From assembly GCA_040285855.1 (NCBI GenBank), contig JAUFOQ010000001.1, forward strand, positions 1,860,001 through 1,924,000: a stretch of 64,000 nucleotides of DNA, read 5' to 3'. Shown one piece after another: positions 27,499-38,034 of this stretch; the stretch's first letter is position 1; every line of letters begins with the position of its first letter. A program made the translations under genes and the position numbers. The notes under the pieces were generated by a model that saw only the letters and a list, made by a program, of their open reading frames with translations, searched no databases and was not told where the DNA came from. The stretch comes from Eukaryota sp. GEM-RC1 (Eukaryota).

Positions 27499-27694
27499 TT
27501 TTATACAAAAAATAAAACCTTATAAGATTTTTAACCCTATATTGTTTTATTTTTGAATCTAAAGATAAATAAAATTCAGGGGGAATGAATAATTTAGAAA
27601 TTTAATTGATTAAAATAAATATCAAATATTCATAATAAATCTATATAAAGATTCTTTGATGTTAATAATCATTTTTCTCTAAAAAATATATTTA

Positions 27695-29250
27695 TTATTT
27701 TCCTAATTCTTTATATAAATTATCTCGTAATCTAAAAATTAATCTATTAATGCTTACATTAGGTTTTTCCAATACATAATATTCGTCTTCTTTAATTAAT
27801 TGAATATACGTAGAATCAAAGAAAAACATTAAAATTAATATCGCAGCAATTGGATTTAAATTAATTCTCTTTGAATAATAATTCATAAAGTTATTAATAT
27901 TAGTAAATTTTAAATTAGCAATCAATTTGGTATCTTTATCACCACATTCAGAATCAAATACAATATGGGTTCCGCCACTTCTTTCATTTTGTTGGACAGA
28001 CAATTTAATGTTTGAATAAATGGATAAAGTGATTACCGCAGCAGCAAAGTTATAATGAACTAAAAGTATTTAGCAGTTGAAATGAAATAATCTCGACCTA
28101 CCAAATTATATTTTTCAATATAATTATCATAAATCATGTTGAAAATTTCAGTCAATGTATCCATATTTGGTTCAATTACTTCTGAAAATGTTTTTGGGAT
28201 TATGGTTTCATAAAATGACAAATTACATTTTAAAGGATTACCTAATCCATCAGTATAAACGTAACTACCTTTACCAACAAATAATGCACAAGATTTCTCT
28301 GATTTTTCTGTCAATAATCCCAAGAATTCCATAAACTTTTCAGTCTCATCATATTTGCGAGTAGCAATAACAGTATACTTATTTTTCTTTTTAGTTTGAG
28401 CAATAGTTATTTTCAAAATATGATCTTCTAATCCATCAGAATGGCAAATAAATGGCAAATTGAATATAAATGATTGTTGACCAGATTTTTGGGCTTAATT
28501 GACATAAATGTATAATATTTAGAAGTATAATCAGGAATAATTGGAGTATTTTCCGTAGGTTTTCCTTTTTATGCTTTAATCTACTATTTGAAGTCAAATA
28601 TCCAATTTTGGCATGTTTTAATAATAAAAACTCTTGATAGGTCATTGTCATTTTGTTTACGTTATCACCAGTTCTGCATTTTTCAATACCATTGATGACA
28701 TCATAATATGAATAGGCTGATGGTTTTTTCATAACCATAAACTTCATCAAGATATTGTTCAATAACCTTTACTCCAGATAAACAAATTTCATGTAAAGAT
28801 TTTGTTGATTCAAAACTATGAATAATTTCAGTATAACCATCATTTGCTAAATCTTTTACATCATCTTCATCTAATAATGTTTCAGTCTTGACAATTTCTT
28901 GATAATCATCATTTTCATTATCAGAATCACTGAATACAAAATCATTTTCATTTTCATCATCTAATTCTTCAACTTTTGCTTTTTTATTAGATTTTTTACC
29001 ACCACGACGTCTTTTTGTACCAACGTCAGGTTCTTCATTGATATAAAATGATGAATAGTTATTTTCTAATGAACTTCCAAAATTATTAATTGAAAACAAA
29101 GAAAATGTGTTTTAACATCAATTTGATTAATATTAGGCATTAACAAGATCTTTCTAGATTTAATTCGTTCATAGAATTTATCAGGTAAATGTTTTTCAAT
29201 AAGTTTTTATCAGTAACTTTGAAATGTTTTCGTAAAAACTCAATAGACAT
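27695..29250 (-). CDS. hypothetical protein ~515 aa with basic/acidic N-terminal tract (frameshifted)
   Basis: ORFs 28701-29099, 28436-28762, 28060-28458 and 27695-28003 overlap in successive frames; ATG at 29250 after an AAAAAGTGA motif; NLS-like KRRRGGKK. Confidence 0.55.
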
Positions 29251-29318
29251 TTATACAATTTTTAATTCACTTTTTGAGAAAAAATAATTAGTTTAAAAAT
29301 AAATGATTTTATTCGAAT

Positions 29319-29977
29319 TTAAACATATTCTCGGTCACAATCCGTTAAAATTAATTTTTTATTACCAAGATTCTTGATTTTATTACATTGCACTACCCAT
29401 AGATAGTTTTTAACATCCATTGCGTTTAAATTCAAATCAATAGAATCAACTTCAATTATTTTATTATTAATATTTATTTGATATTTATTATTAATTTTTG
29501 CTAAAAAGTATTTTTTATGTTTATAATACCATAAATAATTAAAACAGGCATCATATTGATGAGTATCTGTTAAATCTAGGAAATTATTATTTAATTCATA
29601 ATACAATTTTTTAGCAGTATTTTCTTTTACGTTTTTATGAACCAACTTTTTAGTTTTTATTTTTTCAATTCTTGGGGATATTTTTTTAAAATCGTAGTAA
29701 TTGTGGGAATTTCAAATGAATGTACCTTTGAATAATATCTTCCCAAAATAAAATTATATAAATCTGTAGCTACATTATTACCATATCTACATCGTTCTAA
29801 AATTATTTTATCGATATTGTATTTTAATATTAATTTTTCAATTTCAAATGCAATAAACGTGACTTTTTCTATTCTGGCATTCCCAATAGTTTTAATTGTT
29901 AAATGTTTTAATAATCTACAATCATTAAAAATACAAATTCCTGTATGAACATTGCCAGTATCGATGGAGAGTATCAT
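29319..29977 (-). CDS. RuvC-like Holliday junction resolvase (poxvirus A22-type), one frameshift
   Basis: MILSIDTGNVHTGICIF, KIILER, and HQYDA in the downstream fragment supply the RuvC acidic residues. Confidence 0.85.
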
Positions 29978-29989
29978 TTAATAGTATGT

Positions 29990-30059
29990 ATTTACATATA
30001 AAGATAAATCATGTTTAAGAATTTACATATAAAGATAAATCATGTTTAAGAATTTACAT
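29990..30059. repeat. 31-bp tandem duplication (2.3 copies) in a divergent intergenic region
   Basis: ATTTACATATAAAGATAAATCATGTTTAAGA at 29990-30020 and 30021-30051, plus a partial third copy. Confidence 0.95.
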
Positions 30060-30097
30060 TATTTAATATTTAATATATATATTTTTTAGAATATTAA

Positions 30098-31212
30098 ATG
30101 ATTCAGTCTGTAACATTACCACTGTGTATAAAACATGTGTTAAAACAACATGATTATGAGGAACCCATCGTAGGATGGTACAATGATTTTTAGATAATCA
30201 TTTTAATATATCAATGGAAGAAGCAGAGAGAGAAACGTTAGAATGGATTAATGAAAAAATGTATAGTTCAAATGGAGATTCACTTACAAATTTATCTACA
30301 CATAGTAGATCAAATATACGTAATTTTCAAACAACTATCGGTGCATTAACAAGCGAAATTGCAAAATTGGAAAAGTTTTCTATTGATAAATCGAATAATA
30401 TTCATTTCCAAGGAGTATCGCTATCTGATTTTTCTACACAATCACCGTTAAATTTTGAAAAACGTGAATTACAACACAAAATATATCAACTAGGTAGAGA
30501 ACCACAAACCTCAAATGTTATTTCACAAATAGAATCAAAAACCGTTAGAATAAAGCAAATTGATGACATTAATATTAGTGTGACAAATGTTATAAAAATG
30601 ACACAAGATACTATAGAATTAGATAATAATACTAATTGTAATGTTTTGCCACCAGCGATATTGGATATTGCAAGTACTGGTATAGATATTAGTGTATGGT
30701 ATGATTATATGACACATATAGCAAGTACTGCAGATCAACATGAATTTGATAAAAACTTTGTTCATGAAAATAAAGATGTTATAAAACATTATAGTCAAGA
30801 TATTGTAAAAAAATTATCACGAGCAATTCATGAATGGAGAAATGAAAGAGCAATAATTGAAGAACAATATCTAAAAACGGGACTGGTTCCAAATGAAACA
30901 ATAAAAATAATCTTAAATCATATTCATTGAATTATATGAAATCCGCAATTAACATGAAATGTAAAGATAAAGCGTTACGTTCATTAATGTCAATAAAGGA
31001 CATGGGTGTTGAAGGATTGCGTAATAGAATAACCACAAAAAATAAAAAAAATACAAAAACTAGTAAGTATTGGATTTTATGCAGTAACACAATCTTATAT
31101 AAATGATACATTAAAATCAATAATTGCTCCACATATTAAAAATGCTGATAGTTTTGATAAAATGTTGAATTTCATAATGGACATGTATAATTTTATTAAA
31201 GAATTGGATTAA
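30098..31212 (+). CDS. hypothetical helical/coiled-coil protein (frameshifted)
   Basis: ATG at 30098 joins ORF 30214-30930 by a T-run shift; coding-like sequence continues to ~31212. Confidence 0.5.
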
Positions 31213-31562
31213 ATAGTAAATAAAACGAATAATAATTCAACATGTAAATCATTTAAAAATAATTCATCAATTATCGGATAAGAAGCATCCTTTATATATA
31301 CATCAAGACTGTCGTTTTCACCAAATTCCATTTCGTATTGAATGAGATCATTGACAATGTCTGATTCATTTAATTTCAAATATTCAAAATACTCTGAGTC
31401 TATGAAATCTAATTCATTCATGATGTTTTCGAAAATATCCACAATTGAATATGTTTTGTATTTCAATTCAAGATGTGAATATAATTCGATAGGTTTCAAC
31501 AACAAGACGTCATTATTTTCGAAAACAATATTATGTAAAATCAAAATGTCTTGGATTCCCAT
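31209..31562 (-). CDS. acidic hypothetical protein, 117 aa
   Basis: Intact ORF with an AAAAAAGTGA motif upstream. Confidence 0.55.
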   Translation of the reverse strand: MGIQDILILHNIVFENNDVLLLKPIELYSHLELKYKTYSIVDIFENIMNELDFIDSEYFEYLKLNESDIVNDLIQYEMEFGENDSLDVYIKDASYPIIDELFLNDLHVELLFVLFTI

Positions 31563-31657
31563 TATACAATATTATATTCACTTTTTTTAAAAAAAAATAA
31601 ACAAATAATATTTTAAACTTATATTTTTTTTAAATCTTTATGATATTTTTATTTTTT

Positions 31658-34038
31658 TTACTGTTTGTTAACGTAGATTAATTTTTCTTCCATTAGTGTA
31701 GGAATGATATTGATTACGAAAGGATTGGATTGTTCTTCATATAATGTTTGTGCAATATCAATGATAGTTGCCAAGAATTCTTTAGCATCATCGTGGAAAT
31801 GAGCGATAAATCCATAATTATCAATATGAGCACTTCCACCGTGGACCTTATGTTGAGATCCTTCAAAGATTGAATGTTGGAGGAATGACTTATTCATTTC
31901 TCTCGGCTTATATTCATAACGTCTATTAAATACTTCAACCATTTCTTCATACATGTAGTTAAGATCTTTTCTGGCGACGGCTTCGTTCCACTTATACCTC
32001 TTGGTATTTGAGAAACTATACTCACCATTAGTGAAACCTAACCACATCATTCTATCTCTAATAGCAGTAAATGAATCCTTTAATAGATCCATATAAGTCG
32101 TAACAAATCGTTGAGATCTATCAACATAATTCAAATTAAATGAAGGTAGCATATTTACTGATGGCATATTACTATTATCAGCACCAAAGTTAACACGAGA
32201 ATCAAGAGAAAGAATATACTTTTGAGGATAATACTTTCTATAAATTGCCTTCATGTTTGGATCCAAGTTTGGTAGAATTTTGGGATCAATCATTTTATAC
32301 TTAACCATTGTAATATCATCCTTGGTTTCCTTATTCAAATCAAATGAAATATCTAAATACATTCCAGTAAATTTATCAGAGTTCAATCTATCATTAATGG
32401 AAATATACATGTTATTCAAATGAGTAGATTTAACTTGTTCAGTGTTACGACTCAGAGTAACATTATCCACATGATAATGAGTCATGTAAGTCTTATGAGG
32501 AATATTCAAGGTATCCACATGCTGACTATATAGGGTATTAGCATGTGCATTAAATGGAGATACCGTAGAAATCATTCCCTGAAGTCTATACATGGAGAAT
32601 GTTTGCCAGACGACCCAACTAGCTTGAGAATCAATACCCACAGATGATGGAGTTAAATATCTATAAGTAGTAATCATCCATGGATCATAAAATCCGTCAA
32701 CAACCAACTTTCTAATTTCGTGATCATCGGGAATATATGCCTGATGATTAACGTTTTCTTCAAATGTATAATGTCCATTGGTATTAATGTTAACATGGGG
32801 TTCAGCAGGGAAATGATACAATGAATAATGTTTAAATGCCTCAAATAGACCAGCATCCTTATTATAATCATTGGGGAATTCTTCAGTCAATGAATAAATT
32901 GCGGGATTACTTTCACTATCAATATATCTAGTAGAATCAATCATGCTAATCATTTTACTCAACTTAATCGAATTAATTTGAACTAATCTACATGCACTTC
33001 TTGCATTAAATTTGAATAAAAGCTTAATTGCACGTTGATTATGCAAAAAGTCCTTCATACAAACGGGAATAGGTAATCTAATGGAAATATCAACAACTTG
33101 TGGTGTGGCATCATTGAAAACAACATAATCATAATTTTTATATTCAGGTAAATTTTGAGTTTCATTAGGAGAAACTGAATTTGCTGCCAAATATTCTTCC
33201 AAATATTCACCAGAAATCAATTCTCCACTAGTACTGATTTGTGTGTGATCCATGATTTTGGTAATCTTGGCACGATCTTCAGCATCCATATCATGCATAA
33301 ATCTTCGAAGAGAAATATCAGGGAATCTAATTGCATCGTTATTACCAATACCATCATAATTGATTGATAATTCTTCAATATGTGACCAGATATTTTTGGA
33401 ATCTGATATGCATAAAAATCTAGCAATCCATCCATATTACTGGCTCCTGCTAATGGTAGTTTTGATGGCTTTTGTACCTTTAGACCCAATTGGATATAAA
33501 CACCACCAACTGTATTAATACCATTACCCTCATCGACACATTGATCAATATCAAATTTGAAAGCAGTTGCACCTGAATCAAATTCGGTAATGAGCTTTCT
33601 CTTTCGTTGTCTAACAGTCATCCAAGGAGTATGTCTCTGAGTGAATGGATCATGCATACCATCAGCTTCAAAACCAAATGGCAAGATGGTATCCTTGGTT
33701 CGTTCTTGAATTGACAAAATATCCGCACTAGAAACTTGACTCCAACGTTGATGTAAATTTACGAATTGATCAGTAATTCTAGTTCTTGCCAATTCGTTAT
33801 TAGGTTCTCTTAGTTTATAATGTTGTCTTAGGGTTGAAAAGAATGCAGCAGTATCAGTGGGATTTAATGATCTCACTCTAGCAGTTTGTTCCGCTGCCAT
33901 TGCCTTAAATTCAGCATAAAAATCATAATCCTCTGTATTTAGTACACCACCCTCAGGGTTAGGAGCATGAGAGAATGGATATAAAATGTGTACGTTTGGA
34001 TCAGCGTGATGTTTATATAATTCTGAACGGTCAACCAT
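31658..34038 (-). CDS. candidate major capsid-like (double jelly-roll) structural protein, ~790 aa, one frameshift near 33360
   Basis: Segments ILPFGFE, FKFDI...GVYIQLGL, SGHILKNY and VDISIRLPIPV...IKLLFKF occur in the order of conserved blocks of NCLDV capsid proteins (ASFV p72 / pox D13) as I recall them; late-type upstream element. Similarity is weak. Confidence 0.45.
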
Positions 34039-34069
34039 GTTTTACTCATCTAAAAATCATATATTTAAT
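34036..34069 (-). promoter_or_regulatory. putative late promoter/initiator ATTAAATATATGATTTTTAGATG
   Basis: Matches the element upstream of the polyprotein (15392-15422). Confidence 0.45.
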
Positions 34070-34130
34070 CAAAAAATAAGATATGAATTTTTATTAATCT
34101 CATAAAAAATAAAATTCATTTTATTAAGAA

Positions 34131-35828
34131 TTATACTAATTCCAAACATAATTCATTCCTAAACATCATTATTATATTTCTTAATATATCAGATTCAGGA
34201 CAATTAGTAATATTAACAGCGTTTAATAAATAAGGAGAAACTATTAATCGTAGACTTTCTCCACATGTTAATTCTGTAAAATTTTCAAATTCTTTTAATA
34301 ACTTTTTAAATCGATCCAATCCCATTCTATCATTATAATTATCATGTAGTTCCTTTAAATATTTATTACTAAATTCAATATTAAATGGAATTATTATATT
34401 CTTTTATCAAAAATATGGTGATTAATTTCTTCATGAGTAATCTCATTGGTTAATGGATCAATCATACTACCAATACAATGGCTACCATTAATCATTACAA
34501 ATAATGTTGCAAACTCTGGACAATATGACAATGGCAATCCTAATAATGAACTAAAACAATTATGACATAAACTATTTTCCAAATGTTTACATTTATTATT
34601 TTTTATTATTTTCATAATTTGAGTAATTCCTATACCAGTAACTAATGAATGTAATTTAGGACTACTTTTAGTATAATCATTACCCAAAACAATTCCAATC
34701 AACATTCTAGTTTTAAGATTTAAATTGGCGTCTCTCCAAATATTTCCGTAATTTACGTATTCTAATGTAGGAGTTGACCATTTATCGTGAAATCTCAACA
34801 TTGGTCTAATTACCTTACCATGTTCGTTACATAATAATTTAATATCACTATCATTTGTCATGATAAATGTATTTTCTTTAGATGATCCATAACCCATTAA
34901 AATATAATCAGTTTCAACTGGAGGATAAAACATTGTCACATTATCGAAATTAGTAGAACAATATTCAATAGTCTTCCACCAATGTGATTTTAATTTTGAT
35001 ACATGTTCAATTGATTTTTGCATAATCATATTTTCAGTATTTGACAATTTCATCCCATAAATTGAATCAGTATATCTTTGGGCATCTCTTCTAAGAGTTT
35101 GTGTAATCTTTTGGATTGTTTAATAAAAGATACATCTATATTTTCAAAAAGTTTTGTGTTTGATTAGTTGATTCAACTACAATTGGTTTTATGAATCCAT
35201 TATCACTAAAATCATGTGTTGGATCTTTTGTACATGATTATTTGATAACTTTTTAAATTTTTTCTTATCAATATCTTCCATTACAAATATTACTTTTTTA
35301 AACATTGTTGTATAATGTTCAATCAAATAATAAATCATGTTTTGTATATTAATATTTAAACATACATGTAATAAATGTTCATATTTTGTTAATTTAGATT
35401 CAATCATTTCATATTCAAACATCATTGGATGAATTCGATCTTTATATTTAAACCAATATTCATGCACCATGGAATCTATTTCATCAAGAGGAGGTGATTC
35501 TAAATGATATGCATTTATTTTTAAGAATGGTCCCATTTGCAAAAATTCATATGAGTAGGTAAATCCATACAATAAGTAAAATTAACCAAACATTCAAAAA
35601 TAGTTTCAACTCCACCAACTTTGGTAATGTTATCAGGTACTTTAAATATGTTTAATGAATTATGATTTAATGATTTATGATGTTTTTGTGATGCATGTAC
35701 AATCGGAAATATAAATCCAGATGCATCAACAACTAATTGTTCTTCTTTTGATTTCTTCTAATGAAGTTTTTATATTTATCAATATCAACAAATGTATCAA
35801 CAATTTTAGTGAAATTTGGTAAACCCAT
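34131..35828 (-). CDS. FEN1/XPG-family flap endonuclease (poxvirus G5-like), frameshifted
   Basis: N-terminal MGLPNF, LVVDASG, FVMED, ETDY, TNDSD, LGNDY and H3TH GIGITQIMKII. Confidence 0.9.
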
Positions 35829-35842
35829 GATTATTTAGATAT

Positions 35843-35860
35843 AAAAAAAAAATCATTTTT
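35843..35860 (-). promoter_or_regulatory. putative early promoter AAAAATGATTTTTTTTTT
   Basis: Recurrent motif, 15 nt upstream of the nuclease ATG. Confidence 0.6.
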
Positions 35861-35976
35861 AGTTTTAAAAAATAGCTATATACTCAAGTTGAAAAAATAA
35901 TGGTTTCACATTCTTCTTTTTTAATAATAATACTAAATATAAATATAAATAATAATAACAAATAATTAAAAGAAGT

Positions 35977-36306
35977 TTATGATTTCCAAAATTGTTTTAG
36001 TCTATTTCTACTAATCACACAAGTTTTCTTACCATATTTGGTAATAGTTTTCACAATTTTGCATGTGTTTTTGATTGATCTAGCAATCACAGGAACAGTA
36101 ACAGGGGCAGGAACGGATACATAAACTCCATCGTCATTTTCATCGATTTTAACATTGCTAAAATCATCAAATAAATTCAAATTGACAATGGCAGTAAGAT
36201 CTTTAGGATCATCCACATTTTTATGTCGGAAAAACCAACCCATCCGGTCATCTTCAATTTTCCAAACAACTTCAAAATTAGGCAACTTGGGGGCAGCGTA
36301 ACTCAT
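35977..36306 (-). CDS. hypothetical protein, 109 aa
   Basis: Intact ORF with AAAAAATGAATTTATTTTT upstream (36321-36339). Confidence 0.65.
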   Translation of the reverse strand: MSYAAPKLPNFEVVWKIEDDRMGWFFRHKNVDDPKDLTAIVNLNLFDDFSNVKIDENDDGVYVSVPAPVTVPVIARSIKNTCKIVKTITKYGKKTCVISRNRLKQFWKS

Positions 36307-36362
36307 AAGAATAAACTATCAAAAATAAATTCATTTTTTATATATATAATCATTTTCCTACA

Positions 36363-37348
36363 TTAAATAAATAATCTTATTTCATCATTAAATGATATTA
36401 ATCTATCAAAGCTCATTGTGGAATTATCTCTTAATGTATATACCATATCAACATAGCGTTTCTTTATGATATTTTTAACTTCATGAAATGTTTCCAATGA
36501 TCTTGGAATCTTTGATTGTTTAAAAGTTCTATTTGCATCCAATTCAGTTCGTTGATTATAAAAGAATTTCTGCAAATCATTGAAAAACGATTGATCATGT
36601 GTGTAATTTCTACCAATCAAATAAACTTCATCATTTAATTGTTTTGATGTTTTCAATTTTACCAAGAATAAATTTTTAAAACATCCTTTCAATTGAGCCA
36701 ACATTGTTGCATTTGCAGGAGTAGATAAATTATAATATTTTAATACTAAATCTCCACCCTTTTTCAATGAATGTAATCCAATTAATAATTGAGCCAAATG
36801 TAAAACCAAATGATTATGTTCACATAAATAATAATCAGATGTATCAAATCCAGCATCACCAGTAACCAATGAATATTCACGTGTAAGATGTGAAATATAT
36901 TCATCATATTCGGTAATCATATTTTTCAAAACCATTTTTCAGGATTATTCTTATACATGTTATAAACATCTGCTAAAAATAATTCGTTTTGTTCTGGATT
37001 TCCTGAACAAGCATACCAATCATATTTTGGATTTGATTCTTGTAATGCTTTAATAAATCCACCAGGTAATTCAGCTAAATGTAATACTTTTTTTCAAATC
37101 AAAATTAAATGTTCTTTGTAATGATATCATTTTCAAATGAGCAATAGTTTTTCCAGTATCTTTTTTTAATCGTTGAACAAATCCCAAATTTTTTCAACTC
37201 GTTGCATATTTCGACTTTTCCAAAAATTATCCATATATTTTTTGAGTATTTTGGTATTCACTAAAAATTTCAGTAAAATTTACATCAATTAATGCTGATT
37301 TAGTCAAATCAACATGATATACTATTTCGGTAAGATTCATTTTAACAT
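36363..37348 (-). CDS. FtsJ/RrmJ-like RNA 2'-O-methyltransferase (ASFV EP424R/CMTR-like), frameshifted
   Basis: VLHLAELPGGFIKAL (~37050-37087), LVTGDAG, GGDLVLK and SKQLNDEVYLIG (K-D-K-E type). Confidence 0.9.
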
Positions 37349-37368
37349 GAAAAATAATCATTTTTTAT

Positions 37369-37962
37369 TTATTGATCCATATTTTTAGGGGGATTAATCT
37401 TCTTTAATGTATTTTTATACCTTCGTGTTTTTGGTGATATTAGTAAGGGATTAATTATTTGATTTATATTGGAATTCATATAATGGATAATTTTATTATA
37501 AATTTTCCTTATTATATCCATCCGTATTGATGTTTTTAAATAACGATCAATAAAACTAATAAAATTTTCATCATAATTAACAAAATTTTCTAAAAGTGTA
37601 TATGTTTTAAATATCTTTACTAACGATTTGAATTCTTCAAGGTTTATATCTGACATATCATCAAATGTATTTGGTAGTTTATTTATATATGTTGAGATAA
37701 TTTGAACAATTTCTGTGTGTCCTTCTCCTTCTTTCATTGAAGTCACAATTCCTTCCAAAATAATTTCTTGGGTATTAGGATCTTCATAAAATTGTCTAAC
37801 AATATAATAACGTTCCTCAATACCAACATGTCCTAAATATAGAAATAATTTATATAAAAATTCAGCACAAAGATATTTACTATTACCCGAAATCAACCCC
37901 TGCCCAAATGAATTTTCGACATCAAAACAATGTGCTAAAATTACAGAATCATATACACTCAT
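37369..37962 (-). CDS. hypothetical helical protein
   Basis: Intact frame; likely start MSVYDS at 37962 after an A-rich leader. Confidence 0.55.
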   Translation of the reverse strand: MSVYDSVILAHCFDVENSFGQGLISGNSKYLCAEFLYKLFLYLGHVGIEERYYIVRQFYEDPNTQEIILEGIVTSMKEGEGHTEIVQIISTYINKLPNTFDDMSDINLEEFKSLVKIFKTYTLLENFVNYDENFISFIDRYLKTSIRMDIIRKIYNKIIHYMNSNINQIINPLLISPKTRRYKNTLKKINPPKNMDQ

Positions 37963-38034
37963 TTTTATTTTTATTAAATAATTACTTATACATATATTTT
38001 TCATATATGAATCATTTTCTCTATTAAAAATAAA

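Noticed and set aside
27935..27990. SGGTHIVFD as an AEP primase motif II
   Set aside because: No accompanying DxD motif I or helicase domain recognised.
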